NCBI GenBank assembly: GCA_951406725.2
Contig: OX597819.1
Span: 49,290,001 to 49,354,000 of the forward strand
Length of the DNA: 64,000 nt
Source: Octopus vulgaris
Taxonomy: Eukaryota
Direction: 5' to 3'
In this document: positions 27,103 to 40,142 of the stretch, one piece after another
Position numbering within the stretch: position 1 is the first letter of the stretch
Layout: each line of letters begins with the position of its first letter
The notes under the pieces: model-generated
Told to the model about the DNA's origin: nothing
Seen by the model: only the letters and a program-made list of their open reading frames with translations
The model's database searches: none
Program-made: the position numbers and the translations under genes

Positions 27103-30100
27103 TGCAGCTTGTGAAGAATTGCTATTTGTAGATTGATTTTGAATGAGACAGTTTAGTCCCAGTGTATCAGAACTTATAACTGAAATAATTAAAGAGAGGA
27201 AGATAAAGATGCAATAAATAGTGGGAGGAGAGAGAGCTAGGGAGGTGGGAGAGAAAGAGAAAGAGAGAGAGAGAGATGTAATGTTGAAAAGACAGACATA
27301 TATATATATATACACATATATATATATGACTGCTAATGATAGAAATTGCTAATTAATACAGTGATTTGAGTTCAGTTGATTGCTGTTTTTCTCTCTCTTA
27401 AGAAGAATAGAATATATTATAGAATTCCTAACAATATTTGGTGGAAGGTGAGGAGCTATTCTATGGTGAATAGGCAGAACTTGTTGCCATTCCGTAAGCT
27501 GTTGAGAAACTAATTAATTATTTTTGTTAACTGTGCCATACAAATGGAGCTGTGCACTAAGCGTCACAACTGAAACTTGCCCAGATATTTGTGTGTGTGT
27601 GGTGGGGTATTATGTGTTGTGATTTTCCCCTCTTTTCCTCTATCTCTCCTTCTTTTCTTTCCCTCATACACACATACATATGATATCTACAGAAAGAAAT
27701 AGATAAATTTTGTTACCCAGCTTTGAGCAATTACATTAATAGAAATCAAGTGCAATTGTCCATGGAAAATAATTGTAAACCTGTAGAATTAATTATTCAG
27801 CACCGAAGTAAATTCATGTGAAGAATATTCTTCCAAATAACCAAGAGGAAAGGAAATCAGAATAATGGTTATGATTTAGGTATTAAAATGAATGTTCTGG
27901 AAATTTTCAGGAGTTCATTGACTTTTCCTATTTACATCAATGTTAATATCCATTGCTTCCTACAGCTTGGATAGTATGACATGTTGCTCTGTTAAAATCA
28001 CTTTACATAACATTTAATATATTGGAATCTGTTTGTAATTCTGGACATTTCATATATTTCAGGAATCAGTCCATGTTTTGATTACTCTCCGGTATTGTAA
28101 TTTTATCATGTAGAAATGCCAGTACTTAGTTAAGTGACTCTATACATATGCATGCATGTAACATGTCTGTGTGATTGATGAGCAGTGTGTTTGGAAGTAA
28201 ATAAAACTATTCATTCATTTACCAGAACAGAAATGAATGAATGAATGGTTGTAATATATGTGTGAAATTATGTTTGGAGATAAATACATTTGTGCAAGTG
28301 AATGAGTGTGTTTGCACAGGTGATTGACTGATGGTAGCATGCAATTTACAGGCATATGATGTATGTATTTTATAGTATGCCTGTGTTATATAGATTTATA
28401 TGTGTGATATAAGTGCGTGCTTTTATGCATACAAATGTGTATTCAAGCAGATAAAAATGTAACAAAGTAAACAAGAGTTTGAATGCCTATATTATTTTAG
28501 TATTTTCACATCCAATATTTTATGCTTTGATGGGCCTGAAGAATTATGTATTTCCAGGAATTGTAGGATCATGATTTTCATGGCTGGTTGCTTCTCTTAT
28601 CCTTGTCAATAGGTGTCTATTTTTCTGCTAGATAGAATGATTCAAGTGATGTACCACAACTAAAAACATAATACAAATATTATAAACTGTAAGCCGAAAG
28701 TTCAATACCTTAACATTTGAGCCGTCATACCTCTTATACTAAACACAATCAGTTTTAATACCAGCTACTTTATTTTCAATCAACATTGGTTTGTAGTATG
28801 AAATGATTTTCAATTATAACCTGTCAACCATTAAGAAATTTATTGAAACAAATATCTAGAACCTTATACAGTTTGTTTCACACCAGAACTAAATTTATAA
28901 ATAGTTACTTAGAATTTCCATAGTTATCTCATAAATTTAGTCCAGAGATAATGATAGTCACTAGATTTGGTAAGCTAGATTCTAGGCTGGAATGAATCAG
29001 AATGGAAATGAAAACAGTAGAAGCGTATGTTGGTATGTCTTAAGATGAAATAGATACTAATGTTTCAGGTGAGAGCCACACCCAAAATTGCTTGCTTTTA
29101 CTTCATCTCATGGCATGCCAGTGTGCACTTCTGTTTATATTTGCAGTCCACGGATAAAGGTGGATGTTAAGCGATGATGATTTATTTTTAACTACAACAC
29201 CATACAGAAACATGTAAGAATCATCTATTCAAATAAATATAAAATATTATGAAAAGTATTAAAAGTACATGTGGAACTATGTGTGTGTGAGAGTTTAAAT
29301 TGGTCACATTAATTAGAGCTAAAGAATGAATTCTATCAACTTCACACACCTTATCAGTTTGTGAGCAATTTTTTTCCTATCATGACTTGTGTCTGATGAA
29401 GCCAAAATGTCAGCCTTTGCATAAGGGAATTGTTTGATAGCCGTTTTATTAATTTCTTTTTCCTGTTTTCTCTTCCAAATATATTGGTTTATTCTAAGAA
29501 CTAACATATAATATGTCGAACCCCCACCACCACTACTTTTTTAACATAGTACCACTTTTTCAAATTTCAGGGAGACATAAAGGCAAAAAAGGCCTTCAGA
29601 ACTTGGCCTGGTTTTTATCATTGTTAGAAATCAAATTAGATCCGTCAATAAGAGTGCCAAAATTGACATTCATTAATGGGACTTGATATTTTTATTTCCT
29701 CACTCAATTTCTCCTTTAGCTTCATGTCACATTCCCAAAACATAATTCTAATATCTTTCTGACCTTCACTACTCAAATTTCAGGTTCTGTTTTATATTTC
29801 TAATACATTGGGGACACAGGCATGGCCGAGTCATTAAAAAGTTTACTTCACAATCATGAACTCCTGAATTCAATTCCTTAAGCTGACCCAAGCCTTGTGA
29901 ATGACACAGGATAGGTGCAAATTGTATGGAAGCCTATCTGATGGATTGTATTTGTAATCTAGAGGTTCAACCTTGTTACATACTGTGTTATACTGATTTG
30001 GCCTGAAATTACACTAAAGGTACATATGCCTGTGATATACTCAGCCACTTATACATTAATTTAACAAATAGATAGTTCAGTTGATCAAACAATTAAATGC

Positions 30101-30415
30101 TGATTGTGAAAACTGACAGAGGAGAGCCAGCTGCTGTCACTATCACAATATCGTCATCAGTGTCAGCATCATCATCATCATCATCTAACACATTATACTA
30201 TTAATCTTATGACTATAAGGAAATCCTCTTAAGACAGACATTTCTTTTTACTTCTTGACTTAAGTTTAATATAGACACATCATTATTTTATATCGCCATT
30301 GTCTCATTTAATAGTGATTAAGCTGCTTTGGTAACAGAGCATTGTCTTTTTCTGTTCACGTATGACTGGAAAAATTCTTCAAATTTGTACATATGAGTGT
30401 ATGTGTGTGTGTATG

Positions 30416-30446
<31 letters not shown>

Positions 30447-30578
30447 GTCTTAACTAATTAGCTGTCAACTGTGAAATGAGGCTAATTAGAAAGAGGGATG
30501 GGGTCAAGCAGGATGTTTAGCCATTTTGATATCAAGCTGCCTGAGACAATCCCTATTCTATGATGCAAACTTTCTGTT

Positions 30579-30806
30579 TTAACCCTTTTGTATTCAGATT
30601 ATTTTGTCAAATGTAATGTTTTTTCATTGACATTGTTTATAATTAATCATGCTTTATTTTGTAGCTATAAAGTTTTCATGATGAGGTTGTATATTTCTAG
30701 AATGGCATTGAAGGGTAGGTGTGATAGGTTGGATCTGACTAGTTAGAACATAAAGCAGGTAGAATATTTGGGCCAGATATGGCCTGTTTAAATACTAAAG
30801 GGTTAA
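30579..30806. mobile_element. piggyBac-type MITE (opposite orientation to 8003 and 24046)
   Basis: TTAA-ccctttt...aaaggg-TTAA termini; CCC/GGG ends with a TTAA TSD are piggyBac hallmarks. Confidence 0.8.
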
Positions 30807-30923
30807 AGTGATCAAAGTTAAAAACTTCTTGAAAATTTTCACATTAATTTATATGTTCCAGACACTATCCTAATAATGATAAAATTATTTTAGTAAATTT
30901 TCCATTATTTTCGAAATTAACTA

Positions 30924-31142
30924 AGGCCATGAGTTAGCAGAATCGTTAGCACAGGGGATAACATGCTTAGCAGTATTTCACCCGTCGCTACATTCTGAGT
31001 TCAAATTCTGCCAAGGTCAACCTTGCCTTTCATCCATTGCGAGGTCGATAAATTAAGTATCAGTAAAGCACTGGGGTCAGTATAATCAACTAGTCCCCAC
31101 CCCACAAGTTTGAGGCCTTGTGCCTCTAGTAGGAAGGATTAT
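30924..31142 (+). mobile_element. SINE family B copy
   Basis: gcagaatcgttagcac...ctgagttcaaattctgccaaggtc...ggccttgtgcctctagtaggaaggattatt. Confidence 0.85.
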
Positions 31143-31218
31143 TTTCAAAATTAACTGAAATTAAGGGGGTGAGTTTCAATAGAAAAATGATAATGAAAAG
31201 GTTTTGGTTAAACATATA

Positions 31219-31625
31219 CTCTTTTACTCTTTTACTTGTTTCAGTCATTTGACTGTGGCCATGCTGGAGCACCACCTCTAGTCGAGCAAATCGACTGCAG
31301 GACTTATTCTTTGTAAGCCTAGTACTTATTCTATCGGTCTCTTTTTGCCGAACTGCTAAATTATAGGGATATAAACACACCAGCATTGGTTGTCAAGCGA
31401 TGTTGGGGGGGACAAACATAGACACACAAATATACACACACATACATACATATATATATATGACAGGCTTCTTTCAGTTTCCATCTACCAAATCCACTCA
31501 CAAGACTTTGGTCAGCCCGAGGCTTTAATAGAAGACACTTGCTCAAGGTGCCATGCAGTGGGACTGAACCCAGAACCATGTGGTTGGTAAGCAAGCTACT
31601 TACCACACAGTCACTCCTACGCCTA
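31219..31625 (-). mobile_element. SINE family A copy, full length
   Basis: Near-consensus reverse complement. Confidence 0.92.
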
Positions 31626-33558
31626 TGTAACAAACTAATATAGAAAATTCTAAAGAAAGTTAAATTATCAATTTTAGTCCTTTATTTAAAAACAACAGTA
31701 ATTTTAAGTGAAAAATAAATTCACTTGATTCTAACAGCTTTGAATAATAATGTAGGAATATTTTACTCCCAATTTTGATTATTGTTCAGTCTGATTCATT
31801 ATTCACTGATGAATATCACAGAGAAAGGTCAAGCAATTGAATTTATTTAGCACAACTGTGAGATGAATAAGATATAGTTGTTGTTGCTGTAATGGGTGAT
31901 TGTTCAAATATGTAGTGACTATTTGAACAATCTTTTAGATTTTTGTTAATTCATTTAATCATTCATCCTTTGGATACTAACCCACCTAAGACAACTGGTT
32001 CTTTGATAGAAACTTCCTGTTTTAAACTGAGCTAGTTAAAACCTTCCATCAAAATTTCATGTTAATCTATGTTCAGAATGATAAAGTTATTTTGCTAATT
32101 TTTTCATTAATTTCTAAATTAATTGAAACAACGGCAGTAAATATCAACATAAATATAACAAAAGAGGAACCAATTGATGAATGGTTTCAAACACAATGAT
32201 GATATTAAGGCATTGAATCTGATTGCAGTTTGAGATTGATTTAAATGTAGTGCTAGATAGCAGTTGATCTTCTGACTGAAGCAATGAAACTGTGATTTTA
32301 TTGGTTTTTGATGGTTGCATCTATTGACAGAAGGATCATTGTTTTTTGGTGACAGGGTGAGATTTGAACTTGGAATGCACAGAGGCAGAACTGATACCAT
32401 AAGACATCTGGCCTGACACTCTAACAATTCTGAGAAGGCATCATCCCAGAATGGCACTTTTTTTGTTAAGAGCCCAAAGAAAAAGCAAAGATGACCTTGG
32501 TAGAATCAGAACCAATACAGCAAAGTATTCTATTGAACATTCTGACAATTTTCTCAATTCGCCTCCTTAAATCAAACAGTTTGATCAACCCAATCTCTGT
32601 GGCAGCAATACAAAAGTATAAGCTATAAGTTTAAAATAGTCCTATTTTGCCCATTGTCATTGTATACACAGAATAAAGACTTTGAAATGCTCATATCATA
32701 AACTTAATGCACAACCTGAGTTTATATTAAAAATATTTATTTGTAAAGTGACTGTCAACATGTTACACGATTATTAAAATTAATTAAAATTAAATTATTT
32801 TAAATAATTTGGGAAAATATTAAAAAAAAATATACTTCTTTTAAAGTTTTCTCATATTTGTAGTGTTCATTAAAAGCATTTAATCACCTTTTGGCATTGA
32901 TGTGTTTCCATTGAAATACCAGTTCATCTGCCAGTGGGTAAGATTAATTGAAAATTAATTTTAGCAACAAAAATTTTAAACACTAATTAATTTTATGATA
33001 ACAATTAATTACTCTCAAATTCAGAGAAACATGTTGTCTTAGACCAAAAGAGAAGGGGAAAATATTAATCTTTAATGGTTCATATCAGTTTCCCAATAAC
33101 ACTGCATAGCTGTTTCATTTTTCTTAATTAAACACTTCATTAGATAAGGATAATCACAATTAATTTCCACTTTCACATGTACTTCAAGATACACAAATGC
33201 ACTTACTTACACTTACAAAACACTGCTCTATTGTCATTATGAAAACACCACACTGTTCTTTGTCTCTTCTGTTGTGACTATGACAGGTCTTTCAGAACTA
33301 TCAGACCCTATTCAATCATCACCCCATCTAAACTGAAGTGCTGTACTTGAATGACATCCTTTCTTGACTTTCTACCTGTCTTATTGCGGCTCACATTCCT
33401 GATCTCAAACTAAAGAAATTGCAAGGAAAGAAATTGATGTATCTATTGTACCTCTTATTTGGTTATCTGACAGTTCAGTTAAAAAAAAAATTCATATTTC
33501 CAACTTTTAAGAACCACTTGACCCCTGTTGAACTGATTAAATGAATATGTGTGTGTGT

Positions 33559-33676
<118 letters not shown>

Positions 33677-33815
33677 GAATGACCTGTAAGGACACTGCAT
33701 TTCGCTATGCAGCCATATTGCATCAGGCATCACAGATTCAAAATGTTGTAACAAACTTAGTATTGGTTATTGGTTATAATTTCTATAGAAAATCTGTAGA
33801 GATAACCATAACAAG

Positions 33816-33856
<41 letters not shown>

Positions 33857-34631
33857 CATATATAAACACATACATGCACAGACTCAAAGGAGTGAAAACA
33901 AAAGGAACAAAAAATTTTACACATACCATATATTTCGATATTTTGTGATTAAGGCAGTTCTTTGTGAACAGAAAATGAAGGAAGGTGTCAAGCTAGGTAT
34001 CTTTTGGCCAGATATACAAGAAGAAGGTGCTGCTTGTACATAAAAGTATTAGTATGGCAGACAGGCAGTTGGTTTGTTTGTTTTTTTTGTTAATGGATGG
34101 TTTCACTTTATTAATGAGCATGACCTCGTTAGTTCTGTGAACTGCACAAAGCAGATTGGTTATAACAACAAAACCACATCTGTGCATATTGCAGCTCTCT
34201 TCCACATATCTGAGCAAAAGATATCAGCTTAATGCCACACTTCATTCTCCATTGTTTTTTTATTAAAAAAAAATTTTTTTTCTTGAAAAGAAATTTTAAT
34301 CCAAAATATCACAATATATGATAAAGTACCATTTTTATCTTCCCTATTTCTGTTTCCACTCTTTTATTTCCAATATGCATTGTACTGGATTTTTAACAAA
34401 CCTTAACCACTCTGTCACACAATGCCTCATTCAAACAATACTTATATAACAAAGCCCTTTAATGTCTACTGCAGAAGATTCTGAAGACCAACCTCACAGC
34501 TTCTGTTGCCAAGCTTATGACTGACCTCTCCCCCACTCCAATAGTGGTGCAGCTGCCACATCTGGAGAGGTGCATTTGTCTCCTGTTTCAGAATACTGAT
34601 GTTCTGTTTTATTTATACTTGTTTTTTTTTA

Positions 34632-35079
34632 TCATCTACTTGCTTCAAACATAGACTGCAGTCATGCTGAGGGACTGCCTTTAATTTTTAGTCAAATAAA
34701 TCGACCCTTTTTTTTTTTTGCTTAAGCCTTGTACTTATTCTATTGGTCTCTATTGCTAAACTGCTAAGTTACAGGGACATAAACACACCAGCACCATTTG
34801 CCAAGTGCTGGTGGTGGTGGGGATCAAACACAGACACAAAGACACACACTCACACACACTCACACACACACACATACACACACACACAAACACACACACA
34901 AACACACATGCACACATATATATATGATGGGCTTCTTTCAGTTTCCATCTACCAAAATCCACACACAAGGCTTTGATAGTAGAAGACACTTACCAAAGTT
35001 GCCAAACAGTGGGACTGAACCTGGAAACATGTGATTGATTAGGAAGCAAGCTTCTTACCACACAGCCATGCCTGCACCT
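34632..35079 (-). mobile_element. SINE family A copy
   Basis: Reverse complement head, (CA)n and tail. Confidence 0.85.
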
Positions 35080-35085
35080 ATATAG

Positions 35086-35124
<39 letters not shown>

Positions 35125-35125
<1 letters not shown>

Positions 35126-35320
35126 TCGCCATGATTGATTGCTAGCTACTAAACCTTTTTTATTTCCTCTCTCTGCTTATTTCTGTGTTCCTTTCTGTTC
35201 AAGACCGTAAGCTCGAAACGTAAAAGACTGTCTCACTTCCTGAGCATTAAACTAATACATCTGTTCGTTGTTTACACACCCGTCTTTGTCTTTTGTTTTG
35301 TTTTTTGTAAATTTCAACGA
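35125..35320 (+). mobile_element. Possible Penelope-like element terminal repeat fragment
   Basis: TA-microsatellite-flanked segment with a gctcgaaacgtaaaag hammerhead-like motif and a T-rich end; PLE assignment is inference. Confidence 0.35.
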
Positions 35321-35342
35321 GATATATACACACATACATATA

Positions 35343-35600
35343 TGACATGCTGTGCTTGAAAAGACCTGTCAAGCCAAGTGAAAGTGTAGTTGTGGCCGAT
35401 GCTGGTGACACGTTACTGGCATGTAAAAACACCCATTACACTCTAGGAGTAGTTGGTGTTTGGAAGGGCATTCAGTCATAGAAACAATGCCAAATCTGAC
35501 TAGAGTCTGGTGCAGCCTCCAGCTTGCTAGCCCTGGTCAAACTGTCCGATCCATGCCAACATGGACAACAGATGTTAAATGATAATGATGATGATGACGA
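35343..35600 (+). mobile_element. RTE LINE 3' end with (GAT)n tail
   Basis: gtgcttgaaaagacctgtcaagccaagtga ORF end, ggaagggcat, ccatgccaacatgga...gttaaatgataatgatgatg; matches 61421-62050. Confidence 0.75.
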
Positions 35601-36129
35601 TATATACAGTCACAGGTATAGCCATGCATTTAAGATTACTTTTACAGCCCCAAACATCCAGGCCTTATTTTCTAGAACTATATCCTTCAGGAACTCTTCT
35701 TTATACCACCAATATTGAATAGTTTAAATGGAATATTAACTGCACTAATCTTCCTGACTAAGAAGACTAAGAAGATTGGGAGTGCTATGTACACTAACTT
35801 TCTTCCTCACACTATCACACTACAGCCATGTAGTCACTCTTTCATGAATATATTATTAATCAATGGATGACATACATTTCAAGAAGCCTCAAACAAGAAA
35901 ATTAGATCAAAACTTACAAAGACTTCACACGTGAAAGGATTCACATATTGATATATACATTGAACTACAATTTGCATGAAGCATAGATGTTAAATTTATG
36001 AGGACAATAGTGATGTAGCAGTGATAATGGTATATAAATGATGGTAGTCGTGGCAATGATAATATATAAAGATATTTTAAGACAGACAAAATAGAATTAT
36101 ATAATTTATATAATATATATAGAATGTTA

Positions 36130-36517
36130 CAGGAGTGGCTGTGTGGTAAGTAGCTTGCTTACCAACCACACACTTCTGGGTTCAGTCCCACTGCGTGACA
36201 CCTTGAGCGAGTGTCTTCTACTATGGCCTCGGGCTGACCAAAGCCTTGTGAGTAGATCTGGTAGATGGAAACTGAAAGAAGCCCATCGTATATGTATATA
36301 TATGTGTGTGTGTGTGTTTGTCCACCCAACATCGCTTGACAACCGATGCCGATGTGTTTACGTCCCCGTAACTTAGCGGTTCGGCAAAAGAGACCGATAG
36401 AATAAGTACTAGGCTTACAAAGAATAAGTCCTGGGGTCAATTTGCTCAACTAAAGGCGGTGCTCCAGCATGGCCACAGTCAAATGACTGAAACAAGTAAA
36501 AGAGTAGAGAGTAAGAG
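36130..36517 (+). mobile_element. SINE family A copy with 21-bp TSD
   Basis: Near-consensus; tataatatatatagaatgtta occurs at 36109-36129 and 36518-36538. Confidence 0.95.
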
Positions 36518-36794
36518 TATAATATATATAGAATGTTAAACTAATATAAAATTAATATTTAAAATGGTGATCAGTGAATAGAAATGATAAGACACCAGAT
36601 TGAATATTTTATACTTAGTTTGAACCTTTTACTTTCAAGTTATAATCCTGTCAAAACGCACACTGTCTTTCATCCTGTTATTTCTTTTCTATGTTGCAGC
36701 ACTTAATTACCAGCAATTAATTGGGGTTAATTAAGTCCCCTTCATTACAAACACTGGCACTGTGCCCCACCAAAAGAAATCAATATTTAATAAT

Positions 36795-37210
36795 AGGTGC
36801 AGAAAGGGCTGTCATTAAGGAGCTGACTTTGTAGCTACATAGTTTCAGGTTCAGTCACACAGTGTTGCACCCTTGGGCAAGTGTCTTCTAGTATTACTCC
36901 TGGCTGACCAAAACCTTGTGAGTGGATTTGGTAGACAGAAACTAAAAGAAGCCCATTGTGTGTGTGTGTGTACGTGTGTGTGTGTGGGTTCTGTGTTCTT
37001 GTACTTTCTTGTCTTGACATCGCAAAATGTAAATGAATGTCATTCATTGCCAATACTCTCTGAAAATATGTCTGACCACAAAGAAATATTACCTTGCTTG
37101 GAAACTGTGGAGGGTTGGTGACAGGAAGTGCATCCAGCTGTAGCATATCTGCTTCAATAAACTCCATTTGGCCCATGCAAGCAGAGGAAAGGGGATTTTA
37201 AAATTATAAT
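36795..37210 (+). mobile_element. SINE with family A head and RTE-type tail
   Basis: A head (ccttgggcaagtgtcttc...gaagcccattg), then ggttggtgacaggaagtgcatccagctgta...cccatgcaagc; similar tail at ~12700-12950. Confidence 0.7.
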
Positions 37211-39521
37211 GGTGATTATCTTTTATCAAATTTAAAATTTACAACCACATTCAAATTACTCTACGGAAGACAATAGGAATTATAATTTTTTATGGCTTAA
37301 TAGAGTTGTCACTGTTTAGTTACGTATTTAGGAGTGGTTGTAATTTACATATGGAATTTATTTATCGATACGGTTGTACATTAGGTAAATGTGTTTGAAA
37401 GTTATGGTTTCTTTGGTTTGTTTGTTCCCAAACAACACTTATTTTAGTGGTATTGACACCGCCAGATGGAATGGCACTTGCCCAGGTGTTGAAACCATAA
37501 TGATATCCATGAGGCAGCTGATGATGGAGGCATGTTGGATTGTTGGTATGGCTGTTTTTGTATATGTGGATTAGTATTATTGGATTGTTGGTATGGCTGT
37601 GGAATAGTACTATAACACATCCTTTTGATTGTATAGGGTTTGCACGCACCAAATATGTGCATATTTCAGTGACATTTCTTTACACATCCCAACATAAGCA
37701 GACAATATGAATTCCTTAAAATTGCTGGCCACAAGCCAAAATCTGAGACAGTATATCTGTAGAGATTATAACTAATTGAAATCAACCTCAAAATGTTACT
37801 GGTATACATTATATCAACCATAGGGAGTGGGGATGAGACCTAAATGAAACTACAGAATTAAGTACAAATGAGTATTATTAAGATGAATCCAGGCCTACAC
37901 AGTGTTGGGGACAGTACTGTTGGTTAAATTTACTCCAGTAGTTGACTGGTACTTTATCATGCCAGCAAGGAAGCCTCTACATGATTGCTTAGTTTGCTAC
38001 ATATAGAATCCAAATTTGCTTCAAATCTCATTCTACTATCCTAAATATAGTCCTATGTTATCTGCACATAGGAAAAAAAAACAGATGATAATGGCTGTAA
38101 TGTCTTTGATTATAGGTCTGTTGGTCAAAACTGATCTAAGTTTAAAGAACAAGAACAACTTGCTCTTTATTTTATTAATCCTGAAAGGATGAAAGATTAA
38201 GTTAATTAAGTAATATAAATGACCATTATTAAATAGGACAATACATTATCTATTCCACCATACAAAGAGAAAACTCTCAAACTCTCAGATTGTGGAGGAG
38301 AGTATAAATGATTATATTGATCCTTAGTATTTCATTGGTACTTATGTATTTTCATCAACTCCAGAAGAATGAAAGGTAGAGTTTACTTCGGCAGGATTTG
38401 AAATTAGAATGTGAAAAGGCATAACTAAATACACTGCAAGCATTTATTTTGTTTACTACTCTACTGAGCCTTGCCAATTCCCTCTCCTTCTCCCCATACA
38501 ACTAGTAACAACAGTACAGCAAAACCCAGCAAAATAATATGAATTAATCCAACATCAAAATCATTGAAACAGAGCTGACCTGAGGCTAAAAGCAAGAATT
38601 AAAAATATAATTAGTTAAAAAAAAGTAAAGATACAATAAATATCTTCAGTAACCTGTGGTAGTGTTCTACCATAACTAGAACCGCAATAATTTAAGCAAA
38701 CCAAACAAAGAATTGGAGAATGCATCATAATACATCACTTGTGTGACTTCTAGCCAACAACCAATAACGTTTTAACAACATTTAGCAGACAAAATAGCTA
38801 TAAAATATTCAATATTCCAAAAATATTCAATTTTTCATTTTTCTCTGATGCATCTTGCAAATTAATTTTCCATTGTAACACAATCATCACAAAACACTAA
38901 TGTTAACTGGCAAGTATTTTGAATAGCAAGAAGCCAATCAATAAGTTACATCATTGTATTTTTAACAGTAATTGTCTAAATGTAACAAATATAACATCTT
39001 AAGTAAATAAAGCAATTTAACTCTTGGGTTAACTTCTATTTTAGTTTACTGCTATTTACTTTAACCCTATACAAAGCTCAAGTGAATCCCACAAAGGAAT
39101 ATTGCTCCCTCAAGTGGAATTTTGCTGCTGCTTACACATACAATCATCCTAGACTACATCTCCCATCCCCAAATACATAAATAAATAAATAGATAAATGA
39201 ATAAAACATAAATGAATGAATAAGTAAATAAATAGAGAGGCTACCCACCTGACTGGCAAGAAGCTATACATTAACACTCTCCAATTTCTAGCACACCAAA
39301 GTGTTGTCTTCACTTTACTTTTCCTACCACAAGTTCAAGAGATGCTATCTGTACTCAGGCATATCTGACTCATTTGACTTGTTTCTCCTCATTTCAGCAC
39401 AGATATTGCACCCGAGCTGGCAGAAATGTTAGCACGCATTCATGTGTCTTCATCGTATCGAATCAAATTGAACCAAATCAAAATAGATGAACATCAATGG
39501 AATTTGTATCCTTGTGGTACC

Positions 39522-39781
39522 AGTGCCGGTGGCACATAAGAAAACCATCCGAACGTGACCGTAGCCAGTACCGCAATGACTGGCCTCCGTGCTGAGGGCA
39601 CGTAACAAACACCATCCGAGCGTGGCCGTCCGCCAGCCTCGTCTGGCACCTGTGTCGGTGACACATAAGAAAACACCATCCGAGCGTGGCCGTCTGCCAG
39701 CCTCGTCTGGCACCTGTGTCGGTGGCACATAAAAAACACCATCCGAGCGTGGCCATCTGCCAGCCTCGTCTGGCACCTGTG
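39522..39781 (+). repeat. GC/CpG-rich tandem array of four ~63-67 bp units, probably RTE 3'UTR-derived
   Basis: ccatccga recurs at 39545, 39612, 39676 and 39739; the ggcac.taaaaa.cacc motif is shared with the RTE UTR at 61421-62050. Confidence 0.85.
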
Positions 39782-40087
39782 AATAATTGTTGAGATATAT
39801 CTCTCTCAGCATGAAACTAATGGAATCTGGTTATCCAATGAAGAAGTATGTATATATATATATATATTAAAGGTGGCTTCAGGTTCTTAATCAGACCATG
39901 CAATTTTGAAAATCAAAATCAAGGAACTGAAGTAGGTTACCTATACCATGTATAGCATGTACAGCTGTCTCACATACAAATGAAAGGTTTATATTAAAAC
40001 TGAATTTTGTTATTTGTTGTTGCTTACATAAGCACATGTTGCATTCACACAGGAGACACCCGTCACACACACACTCACACACACACA

Positions 40088-40142
<55 letters not shown>

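Noticed and set aside
28209-28242. 12-bp inverted repeat attcattcattt/aaatgaatgaat
   Set aside because: Made of simple (TTCA)/(TGAA) repeats; low information content.
29060-29074. AG|GT recursive-splice-like motif (also at ~41268)
   Set aside because: Short pyrimidine tracts; such motifs are expected by chance in 64 kb.
39522-39781. CRISPR-like appearance of the ~64-bp array and its 120-aa ORF
   Set aside because: Units are repeated end to end with no unique spacers, there are no cas genes, and the context is eukaryotic.
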